Under the pieces are notes generated by a model that saw only the letters and a program-made list of their open reading frames with translations, ran no database searches and was not told where the DNA came from. Positions 16,831 through 24,204 of a DNA stretch of 24,204 bases are shown piece by piece. This DNA comes from an uncultured archaeon (GTDB taxonomy: Archaea > Asgardarchaeota > Lokiarchaeia > Sigyniarchaeales > Promethearchaeaceae): contig CAYRPF010000048.1 of the NCBI GenBank assembly GCA_964426185.1, forward strand, positions 1-24,204, written 5' to 3'. The position numbers and the translations under genes were made by a program. The stretch's first letter is position 1. Every line of letters starts with the position of its first letter.

Positions 16831-18396
16831 ATGGCCGAAAAAATTGATTTTCTCATTATTGGAGGGGGAATTTCTGGATTATCCGCGGCACTGGAGTTAC
16901 AAAGGTATGGTAATGTTTTAATCATTGTAAAAAAATCCATTCATGATTCCAATACTTTTTTTGCTGCGGGAGGAATTGCGGCTTCCGGACCTTGGAGTAA
17001 GGACTATGAAGGTCATATCAAAGATACCCTTCTTGCCGGGGACGGTTTGTGTAATGAAAAGGTTGTTCGTGAAATTATTCAGAAAGGTACTGAAAGAGTA
17101 CAGGATTTAATTTCATGGGGAATGAACTTTGATCTCAAAGAACCTGGAAAACTTGACTTGGGAAGAGAAGGAGGCCATCATGAAAGACGAGTACTTCATT
17201 TTGGAGATTTAACCGGAAGAGAAACTTTAAAAACATTGATAAAGCAGGTTAAGAAATTTTCTAATATTGAAATTCGAGAAAATCAAATCGCTGTTAATCT
17301 TATTGAAATCTCTGGATCTTGTGTGGGTGCTTATGTACTAAATAATGATACTGGAGAAATTTATGTCGTTCAAGCGAAAAGCACCATTCTAGCAACAGGG
17401 GGGATCGGTAAGGTCTATTTATATACTAGTAATCCAGATGTTGCCTCCGGAGATGGGATAGCCATGGCTTCCCGTATTGGAGCTGAGATCATCAATATGG
17501 AAATGGTACAATTTCATCCCACTTGCCTATATCATCCATTAGCAAAAAATGCTCTAATAACTGAAGCCATCCGTGGTGAAGGTGCCATTCTCACCGACAT
17601 CAGGGGCAATCGGTTCATGGAGAAAATTCATCCTCTAAAGGAATTAGCTCCTCGTGATGTTGTTGCTCGTGCAATTGACAGCGTCTTAAAAGAAACTGGA
17701 GATGACTACGTTTTATTAGATATTTCCTTTAAAGATTCAGATACTCTAAAAAAGCGATTTCCAGGAGTGTATAAAACGTGTTTGAAATATGGTATTGATT
17801 TTACAAAAGAACCAATTCCGGTGGTTCCCGCAGCCCATTATTGTTGTGGGGGTATTAAAGCATGCATCACTGGTCAGACTAATGTTCCCCATTTGTTTGC
17901 AGTAGGGGAATGTGCTTGTACAGGATTCCATGGGGCAAATCGTCTCGCAAGCAACTCACTTTTGGAAGGATTGGTCTGTGGTCATGAATGTGGTAAGTTT
18001 GTGGGAAAAGAATATAGAAATCGGCCAATACCCCAGTTAGATATTCCTGAATGGTCGGAAGAAGGTATAACTAATTCAAAAGAGGCTTTCGTAATTACTC
18101 TCAATTGGAATGAAATTCGGCAAACCATGCAATATTATGCTTCTATTGTACGGACAAATAGCTATTTACTGCGGGCACGCCATCGTATTTCCTTAATTCA
18201 TGAAGAAGTGGATAATTATTATTGGAATTTTAAAATATCCAGCGATTTAATCGAACTAAGAAATTTGCTTACCGTTGCAAGATTAATTGTAGAGAGTGCC
18301 TTGGCGCGTAAGGAAAGTCGCGGAGCACATTATAATCTTGATTACCCAAAGAAAGCCACTATTGTTAAAAATACTTTGATTAAACGGTATTGGTAA
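16831..18396 (+). CDS. nadB: L-aspartate oxidase
   Basis: FAD motif GGGISG, 'GREGGHHERRVLH', 'QFHPT', 'ITEAIRGEG', 'LAPRDVVARAI', 'PAAHYCCGG', 'HGANRLASNSLLEG' and 'RKESRGAHY'; 521 aa. Confidence 0.93.
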   Translation: MAEKIDFLIIGGGISGLSAALELQRYGNVLIIVKKSIHDSNTFFAAGGIAASGPWSKDYEGHIKDTLLAGDGLCNEKVVREIIQKGTERVQDLISWGMNFDLKEPGKLDLGREGGHHERRVLHFGDLTGRETLKTLIKQVKKFSNIEIRENQIAVNLIEISGSCVGAYVLNNDTGEIYVVQAKSTILATGGIGKVYLYTSNPDVASGDGIAMASRIGAEIINMEMVQFHPTCLYHPLAKNALITEAIRGEGAILTDIRGNRFMEKIHPLKELAPRDVVARAIDSVLKETGDDYVLLDISFKDSDTLKKRFPGVYKTCLKYGIDFTKEPIPVVPAAHYCCGGIKACITGQTNVPHLFAVGECACTGFHGANRLASNSLLEGLVCGHECGKFVGKEYRNRPIPQLDIPEWSEEGITNSKEAFVITLNWNEIRQTMQYYASIVRTNSYLLRARHRISLIHEEVDNYYWNFKISSDLIELRNLLTVARLIVESALARKESRGAHYNLDYPKKATIVKNTLIKRYW

Positions 18397-18418
18397 ATTC
18401 CTCTCTTTATAAATGATA

Positions 18419-18433
18419 CAAAAGCTTTAAATT
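18419..18433 (+). promoter_or_regulatory. Candidate archaeal BRE/TATA element
   Basis: CAAAAGCTTTAAATT upstream of the 18448 ORF resembles a purine-rich BRE followed by TTTAAA. The AT-rich context lowers specificity. Confidence 0.3.
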
Positions 18434-18447
18434 ATAATTCTTTCTAT

Positions 18448-18927
18448 ATGGATTCAGAGATAAAATTAGTGAAAGAAATGGCGCAAAATATGGAAGATAC
18501 TTCTTATTCTCAAATAGTTAGAATTAAAGAAAAACAAAAACCCGAAAAAAAGCGAAAAATTGCATCATTTATAGCAATCATATTTAGTATAGCTGTTATA
18601 TATTTTAGTACAGTAAATGTGAACTTTATTTGGTTCTCCCTTTTACTGGTTCCTATATTGATTTTCATTCGAGGTCAAAATACTGAAGGTGAATTAGACA
18701 AATCTTTTATTGCTTTTTTGGGTTATAATCTAAAAGAATGGGGGAAATTTTTTGCATTAGCTGTAGTATTTGTAATAGGATGCCTTCTCTCTCAAATAAT
18801 AGGACCTTTAGGGCTTCTCATTACCATAGTTTCTTGTTATATTTGTATGAGAATCTTTAATTTTTTCCGTGTCAATAAAGAGCTCAAAGATTATTTACAA
18901 AATAAGAGAAGTATTGGAGAAAATTAA
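18448..18927 (+). CDS. Hypothetical integral membrane protein (~4 TM)
   Basis: 159 aa with two pairs of hydrophobic helices and charged termini. Confidence 0.7.
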   Translation: MDSEIKLVKEMAQNMEDTSYSQIVRIKEKQKPEKKRKIASFIAIIFSIAVIYFSTVNVNFIWFSLLLVPILIFIRGQNTEGELDKSFIAFLGYNLKEWGKFFALAVVFVIGCLLSQIIGPLGLLITIVSCYICMRIFNFFRVNKELKDYLQNKRSIGEN

Positions 18928-18957
18928 TCTTTTCTTCAATAAGCACTAATAGTAATG

Positions 18958-19914
18958 TTATTTATTTGCATTGCAATAATCCCAAAATGCAAGTTCGGCC
19001 GGTGTGAGTTGGGTATTTTTTCTTTTTACCAAATAAAACTTCCGCTTTATTTTTTTCAGCGAGGGGTGCTCTACAGGAAGGATTTTAGCATCTTTTCCTA
19101 AGGAGTTTAAAGAATAACTGCTCAATGCAGATAAAGCATTGCTGTTTTCCACCGCATGAATAATTGCAGTATTATTATGTAGTTCCAAACTAGGTATTAT
19201 CCGTTCTCGAACAGGACACTCTTGTAAGAAAATTTCTCGAGTTGCAGAGCCTTTTTCCCTAAAAATCCATGGACATTCCAATAATAATTCATAAATGTGA
19301 GGATTTGATCTATAATACCCCATTTTCTCTATTTTTTCAAAGATTGGATGGTTTCTACGGGCAATAATCCGTATTTCATCTTCTCCTATGATTTTATAAT
19401 CCAAATCACGTAATTCTAACCCATCAATATTTCCCACCGCGCAGAACCGGGTTTTATCGCTGAATAATTGGGTGATTGAGCGCTTTGTATTCGATATTTT
19501 TATTTGAAACATATATTCTGGATGTTTTTTCTGGAAATGCATAAATAACTTTGGGAGTAGATATTCCCCTGGAATCGATGAAGATGCCACGAATATGTAT
19601 ATTTGAGATCTTTCTGAAATTTTTTCTAGTTCCTTTACTAATTGAGAAAGATGTTTAAGTAGATTTTCGCTAAATACCATTACTGAGTTCCCTTCTGGTT
19701 TTAATGTAAAAGTTCGAGAAGTTCTATCAAATAATTTTAAATTGCCAAATGCGCGTTCAATTTCTTTAATTCGATGAGATACTGCACTTTGGGTAATTCC
19801 ACGATTTTTAGCGGTTTTAGAAAAAGAGCTTGTAGAAATTAAATCCAATAGGGTGTAAAAATCTTCTATACGGAGATCTCTAATGGATTTCGGTATTTCA
19901 TTAGAAATGATCAT
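18958..19914 (-). CDS. LysR-family transcriptional regulator (CysL/selenium-metabolism-associated type)
   Basis: HTH 'SFSKTAKNRGITQSAVSHRIKEIE..G..LFDRTSR'; effector domain 'ASSIPGEYLLP' and 'REKGSATR'. Divergent from the YeeE/YedE genes. Confidence 0.9.
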   Translation of the reverse strand: MIISNEIPKSIRDLRIEDFYTLLDLISTSSFSKTAKNRGITQSAVSHRIKEIERAFGNLKLFDRTSRTFTLKPEGNSVMVFSENLLKHLSQLVKELEKISERSQIYIFVASSSIPGEYLLPKLFMHFQKKHPEYMFQIKISNTKRSITQLFSDKTRFCAVGNIDGLELRDLDYKIIGEDEIRIIARRNHPIFEKIEKMGYYRSNPHIYELLLECPWIFREKGSATREIFLQECPVRERIIPSLELHNNTAIIHAVENSNALSALSSYSLNSLGKDAKILPVEHPSLKKIKRKFYLVKRKNTQLTPAELAFWDYCNANK

Positions 19915-19936
19915 AGTAATACAAAAGATGGGTTTT

Positions 19937-19998
19937 ATTAATTTTTTTCATGGATCAAGAAAAATTTTTCATATATATATAAATTTTTATCTTTCATG
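19937..19998. promoter_or_regulatory. Divergent promoter region with candidate LysR-binding boxes
   Basis: AT-N11-AT box ATTAATTTTTTTCAT (19937-19951); palindrome GAAAAATTTTTC (19959-19970); TTTCAT recurring three times; (AT)n TATA-like stretch. Confidence 0.35.
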
Positions 19999-20065
19999 AG
20001 CTCAATTGATGGATGTTTATCTGCAATACTTTACGTTTATATGCTATTTTGTACTATTTTCTTCC

Positions 20066-20599
20066 ATGAATGATCTCAATAAAGAATCATTTTTAAAACG
20101 ATTAATTCGTTCACCTATTTTTTTAGGCTTTTTAATTGGGATTCTCTCTGCAGTTCTTCAAGCATTTCTTTTTGCGGCAGGTGGACCAGAAGCATACGGA
20201 TTTTGCGTAGCTTGTCATACTCGAGATTTAGTCAATGACATTGTGAATTCAATCTTTGGAATATCTTTAACGGTTGCTCCTTTCTCCGCAGCTGCTTACG
20301 CTCCTGTTCTGAGTATTATTGGAGTGATGATCGGTTCATTTATTGCCTCAAGATCTAACCGGGAATTTCGCCTTAAAAAAAGCAACTGGTCAAGTGCTGT
20401 ATTATATTTCTTTAGTGGCATTGCTGTATTGATTTTTGCCCTTCTTTTAGGTGGTTGTCCTTACCGCGCCGCTTTAAGATTTGCTTATGGTGATTTTGTT
20501 GCATTAATCGGAATACTCGCGATGGCTTTTGGTGTTTTTGTGGGTACTCGAATTGTGCTGGCAAAAATGAAAAAACAGCTAAAGGAGGAAGATATTTAA
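20066..20599 (+). CDS. YeeE/YedE-family sulfur/selenium transporter, N-terminal half
   Basis: 'AYGFCVACHTRD' and 'LLGGCPYRAALR' motifs, multiple TMs. ATG at 20066 (MNDLN...) is preferred over the TTG at 20006. Confidence 0.85.
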   Translation: MNDLNKESFLKRLIRSPIFLGFLIGILSAVLQAFLFAAGGPEAYGFCVACHTRDLVNDIVNSIFGISLTVAPFSAAAYAPVLSIIGVMIGSFIASRSNREFRLKKSNWSSAVLYFFSGIAVLIFALLLGGCPYRAALRFAYGDFVALIGILAMAFGVFVGTRIVLAKMKKQLKEEDI

Positions 20600-21105
20600 T
20601 GATTTTCCAAAGCATTTTTACTGGAACAACCGTTTTAATCATGGTTCCCATCTTTACGTTATTCATGGGAATAATTATTGGATATCTTGCACAACAATCA
20701 GGATTTTGTTCCATAGGAGGGATGAGGGATCTATTCTTATTCAAACAAACTCGGCTTTTCTTTGGTTATATGACATTAATTACTTCAGCATTTATTGGGT
20801 ACTTAATATTCTCCCTAATTTTAAAGTCAGCTTTTCCAAATTTTTACTGGGCTGCAAATAAAGGATTTTTCACACCCATTCCCGGTGCACCAGGTGGTTT
20901 AGAAAATTGGGTATATATTATTTTAGCAATTATAGGTGGTTTTGGTTTAGGTTTGTTGGGTGTTATGGTAGGGGGATGCCCCTTACGTCAAATAGTAATG
21001 GCTTTTGAAGGTAGTGTGAAATCTCTTTATTTTATTTTAGGCATGATGGTCGGCGCAATTCTATTTCATTTGTTCATAGCCCCATGGGTTGTATCTCTTT
21101 TTTAA
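20599..21105 (+). CDS. YeeE/YedE-family transporter, C-terminal half
   Basis: 'QQSGFCSIGGMRD' and 'GGCPLRQIVMAFEG' motifs. TAATG stop/start overlap with AGGAGG at 20583-20588. Confidence 0.88.
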   Translation: MIFQSIFTGTTVLIMVPIFTLFMGIIIGYLAQQSGFCSIGGMRDLFLFKQTRLFFGYMTLITSAFIGYLIFSLILKSAFPNFYWAANKGFFTPIPGAPGGLENWVYIILAIIGGFGLGLLGVMVGGCPLRQIVMAFEGSVKSLYFILGMMVGAILFHLFIAPWVVSLF

Positions 21106-21164
21106 GCATTTTTTTATTTTTTAGTAGCGAAAATAATAAAATACATACTAGGTAGAGAAAAATA

Positions 21165-21392
21165 ATGGCGAATTATGAATTGGATATTACCGGGAAAATT
21201 TGTCCTTTTTGTTTATTGATTGTGAAGCAAAAATTGGAAGATATTGCATCTGGTGACACATTGGTGGTAAAATGCGATCATCCTCCAGCAGCAACCAAAA
21301 CAATTCCACGAGCAATGAAAAAGGACAAAAACAAATGCATAACAAAAAAAATTGAGTCTGGATTATGGGAATTGACAATAATCAAAAAATAA
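21165..21392 (+). CDS. TusA/SirA/YeeD-family sulfur carrier
   Basis: 75 aa: 'LDITGKICPF', 'GDTLVVKCDHPPA' and C-terminal 'WELTIIKK'. Confidence 0.9.
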   Translation: MANYELDITGKICPFCLLIVKQKLEDIASGDTLVVKCDHPPAATKTIPRAMKKDKNKCITKKIESGLWELTIIKK

Positions 21393-21412
21393 ATTTAAAA
21401 GATCTGAGAGTG

Positions 21413-22690
21413 ATGCGCCGTTTTTTATTTTTATTTTGTAATTCAGTGTCAAATTCTCGTTGGCATTTGTTGCAAGAGCTAATTGCTGAATCAAATAAAC
21501 TTTCATCGAATTATTGTTGTTATCTTTTTATCTCTGGAGAAGCTCTTTTCGAAATATATAATTCCCGTTGGAAAAATTTTGTTAAATTTCTTTCTCAGCA
21601 AACCAAGCCATCTCTTATTTTAGTATTTGATGGTTGGGAAGCAAAAATCAGAGGGATAAATATAGATAAAAGCATGTCAGTTCAAAATTCGGATTCAATC
21701 AATCAATATTTTAAGAATATTTTAATTTTTCAAGATTCTCCGTTAGATTTCTGGCACCATTTAGTAAAAATCAGTTTTTCACAAATGGAAGAAGAATCAC
21801 TCTCCATAGATGGAAAATCTCAAAGGGGGGCCTTTTTCCAACTAGAAGGACCTTATATGAGTAGAACTTCCGTCTATGCTCTTAGATTTCTCCAAGCCGT
21901 GCTTGATTATGGAAAGAATCCGGCGCTCTATGTCTATTTGGATGGATTACATCTTTTCCATAAAAGGCAACATCCATCAGAATTTGAAAATATCGGAGAA
22001 TCCTTGATTAAAATAACCAATCAATGCAGGAATGCTGGCCTTTCTGAAGAAATTTTGGGGTGTTCACGTTGCGCAGTCGCCCGTGGGTATAGTTCCATTA
22101 CTCCAGAAGGACAATTCATACCTCTAAACACTATTGAATCGGCAAAAATCGTAAATCTAAACGAGATTATTGAGCGATTAAACTCCATTGCTCCTATATA
22201 TTCGCCAAATTCTGGCTTTCTCCTTAATTCTTCCCGAAAAAGCAATCAGAAAGAATCAAAATTCGAAAAGATTCGATCTTTGCTGATAGTAATTTCTCAT
22301 TCTCCTTATCATTCTGAATGGGCATTCGGGGGAATATCGCTGGCAGTAGCTTGTGCTAATAATGGGATCGAAACAAAAGTTCTATTTCAAGATGCTGGTG
22401 TGCTCTTATTTAGTGAATTTCTGCAAATGAATATTTTAAGTTCATCCCATTTTCCTAATTCAGAATATTTGTTTAATCTAAAAGATATCATCGAAGTCAC
22501 TTGCGATATGGAAAATTTGGAATACTATATAGATGGAACCTCCGAAAAAGCAAAAATTTTATCATTTAATAACCTAACTGAGAGTGTTTCGGTTCTTTTT
22601 GATTCAAATTTCGGACAATTATTTCAATCAATGGAAGAAAAGTGTAATTCAAATCGTTCAAATGGAGTAAATAGGATTCTTTTTTTCTAA
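21413..22690 (+). CDS. Multi-domain DsrE-superfamily protein (DsrH/TusB-like + DsrE/TusD-like + DsrF/TusC-like fusion)
   Basis: Domain 1 'YLFISGEAL...EAKIRG'; domain 2 'EGPYMSRTSVYALRF...VYLDGLH...CSRCAVARG'; domain 3 'LLIVISHSPYHSEWAFGGISLAVA...VLFQDAGV'. Start is probably GTG/ATG at 21410/21413 (the ORF track gives 21365). Confidence 0.78.
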   Translation: MRRFLFLFCNSVSNSRWHLLQELIAESNKLSSNYCCYLFISGEALFEIYNSRWKNFVKFLSQQTKPSLILVFDGWEAKIRGINIDKSMSVQNSDSINQYFKNILIFQDSPLDFWHHLVKISFSQMEEESLSIDGKSQRGAFFQLEGPYMSRTSVYALRFLQAVLDYGKNPALYVYLDGLHLFHKRQHPSEFENIGESLIKITNQCRNAGLSEEILGCSRCAVARGYSSITPEGQFIPLNTIESAKIVNLNEIIERLNSIAPIYSPNSGFLLNSSRKSNQKESKFEKIRSLLIVISHSPYHSEWAFGGISLAVACANNGIETKVLFQDAGVLLFSEFLQMNILSSSHFPNSEYLFNLKDIIEVTCDMENLEYYIDGTSEKAKILSFNNLTESVSVLFDSNFGQLFQSMEEKCNSNRSNGVNRILFF

Positions 22691-22721
22691 CCTGAGATTA
22701 AATATATTAGGAGCGATTAGC

Positions 22722-22949
22722 ATGGAAAAAGAAACAATTATTCCTGATTTTTCCCATCTTACTTGCACAAACTTGATGATTAAACTTAAAATACTTTCAA
22801 AAAGGATGAAATCAGGAGAAATTTTAGAATTCTATTCCACGCGTGAACAGCTTGCAAACATTAAAAAACCATTTTCAAAATTACCCTTTCAATTAGAGAT
22901 TTTTTCAACTAAAAATCATCTTTTTCACATTAAAATCTCCTATAAATAA
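22722..22949 (+). CDS. TusA-like protein (variant CT motif)
   Basis: 75 aa: 'DFSHLTCTNLMIKLK...MKSGEILEF' matches the TusA fold pattern; AGGAG upstream. Confidence 0.72.
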   Translation: MEKETIIPDFSHLTCTNLMIKLKILSKRMKSGEILEFYSTREQLANIKKPFSKLPFQLEIFSTKNHLFHIKISYK

Positions 22950-22986
22950 TATAAAATCATAATCAACTAGTAGAGCTCCTGATAAT

Positions 22987-23352
22987 ATGAAGGACATAGA
23001 AGATAAGTCGATTATCACTCTGATAGATCAATTTTCCCATAATCAGAGAGTATATTTTCTCTTTTCTCTGAAGGGTAATTCTCACGATTTTCTATATTTA
23101 ACCCATTTCACCCAACCTATTACTGCTCTTTTTTTTGGAACTGGTTTTGCTGAATTTTTAAAAGATTTTGATTGTAATGCTTCAGAATGCCTTGAATGTG
23201 AGTTAGGCACACGAATATTGGGTGGAGTATCAATTGATCATGATTCACAAGTGGAATTTAACTTATCGAAAAAGGATGCAAATAAAATCTTAGTTGCTTT
23301 AAAAGATGCTGTTGCAACAGAATTTCATCAATATTTCAAGGAATTTAGTTGA
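22987..23352 (+). CDS. Hypothetical protein with C-x4-C-x2-C motif
   Basis: 121-aa ORF co-oriented with the cluster; contains 'DCNASECLEC'. Confidence 0.65.
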   Translation: MKDIEDKSIITLIDQFSHNQRVYFLFSLKGNSHDFLYLTHFTQPITALFFGTGFAEFLKDFDCNASECLECELGTRILGGVSIDHDSQVEFNLSKKDANKILVALKDAVATEFHQYFKEFS

Positions 23353-23458
23353 ATTTTGATGAAAGAAAAGGAAAATTTAAAATTGATTCTGTTTTTTTTA
23401 CCACAAGAGATTTTCCTCGGCATTAAAGCGATAAAAAATCGGAAGTTTGGTGAGATTA

Positions 23459-23833
23459 ATGAAATCCAGCGAAGAAATATATAAAGAAGCCACCAGCGCT
23501 TTTAAAGAATTCCAAGAATTTAATCCTTCTGCCATGAACGGATTTCTAAAGTATGTACATTCTTCCAATAAAGATGGCGCTTTAAGTGCAAAGATCAAAC
23601 AAATTATCTTGGTATCAGTTGCGATTACAAAGCGTTGTGAATGGTGCATAGTGTATCATACAAGAAAGGCTCTAGAATTAGGTGCATCCCGTGAAGAATT
23701 AATAGAAGCATGTCTTGTTACCAGTGTAATGGATGGTGGACCAACAATGATGCACTCACAATTAGTTTTTCAGACTATTGATGAATATCAGAGAGAACAG
23801 GAATTACTCATTCAGACTATCGAAGAAAATTGA
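23459..23833 (+). CDS. Carboxymuconolactone decarboxylase/AhpD-family protein
   Basis: 'GALSAKIKQIILVSVAITKRCEWCIVYHTRKALELGASREELIEA', containing CxxCxxxH. ATG at 23459 is preferred. Confidence 0.9.
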   Translation: MKSSEEIYKEATSAFKEFQEFNPSAMNGFLKYVHSSNKDGALSAKIKQIILVSVAITKRCEWCIVYHTRKALELGASREELIEACLVTSVMDGGPTMMHSQLVFQTIDEYQREQELLIQTIEEN

Positions 23834-23852
23834 TTTCTTATATTCATAATAT

Positions 23853-24204
23853 TTATATTACTCTCCAATCAATTGCCTTAAGCCCGTTTTTTACTAAATA
23901 CTCATTTGTTCGGGAAAAGCATTTTGAACCGAAAAAACCTCTATATGCTGCCAAAGGGCTGGGATGTGGGGTTTCTATTCTAAGATGATTTGGATTGCTA
24001 ATGTATTTATGATATTTTTGAGCATTATTCCCCCATAAAATAAACACACAATGGGATTTTGTAAAACTTCTTGCATTAATAACTTCCATCCAATTCTTTG
24101 GTGGGAATTTGATTTTCCTTGTTCCACTGTCAAAGCAGTGCTCAAAAGTAAAACACCTTCTTGCGCCCAATGTTCCAAATTGCCATGCTGGGCTTTGATT
24201 CCTA
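23853..24204 (-). pseudogene. ung: Family-1 uracil-DNA glycosylase, 3' part, frameshifted (pseudogene or assembly error); 5' end lies outside the window
   Basis: Frame A 'HGNLEHWAQEGVLLLSTALTVEQGKSNSHQRIGW' switches near 24055-24062 to frame B 'VFILWGNNAQ...PHPSPLAAYRGFFGSKCFSRTNEYL...IDW'. Confidence 0.8.

Noticed and set aside
16831-18396. SdhA/FrdA flavoprotein
   Set aside because: Lacks the covalent-FAD His motif (has SNTFFAAGG), its length fits NadB, and there is no adjacent Fe-S subunit.
20597-20601. Frameshifted single yeeE pseudogene
   Set aside because: TAATG coupling with a strong AGGAGG and complete motifs in each half favour two real genes.
20006-23500. Selenocysteine (UGA) read-through in the S/Se cluster
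   Set aside because: Motif positions are ordinary Cys codons. Reading through the TGA at 23350-23352 gives no recognisable domain, and I could not identify a SECIS.
10572-23649. Short ORFs 10572-10754, 12604-12822, 13096-13287, 15630-15842, 17746-17931, 20412-20744, 21187-21378, 22021-22245, 23398-23649
   Set aside because: Overlap stronger genes antisense or out of frame; no recognisable features.
23853-24178. Two independent genes (105 aa and 67 aa)
   Set aside because: They are consecutive parts of one ung reading frame split by a frameshift.
1-24204. Mobile element, prophage or terminal inverted repeats (the ends read TAGGAT and, reverse-complemented, TAGGAA)
   Set aside because: The match is only 5 nt, the right end is inside ung, and no transposase, integrase or viral genes were seen.

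Overview
AT-rich prokaryotic window that looks archaeal, most likely Asgard (Lokiarchaeia/Promethearchaeota-like). This is inferred from a giant ectodomain-TM-longin-like protein typical of that group; no marker gene is present. In order: VOC-family protein; APH/choline-kinase-like phosphotransferase; 2305-aa receptor-like surface protein (Ig-like repeats, TM, cytoplasmic longin-like and winged-helix-like tail); a tightly packed minus-strand operon (divergent tail-anchored S8 protease, YdjM-type membrane hydrolase, NuoCD/group-4 hydrogenase large-subunit homolog lacking all Ni-binding cysteines, and two paralogous unknown proteins holding four copies of one unrecognised ~290-aa domain); nadB; a small membrane protein; a LysR divergent from a sulfur/selenium trafficking cluster (split YeeE/YedE, TusA, DsrH/E/F-like fusion, TusA-like, Cys-rich hypothetical, AhpD/CMD); and a frameshifted family-1 uracil-DNA glycosylase at the right edge. 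The best candidate for an undescribed system is the minus-strand operon at 8927-16749. All family calls come from motif recognition by eye; no searches were run.
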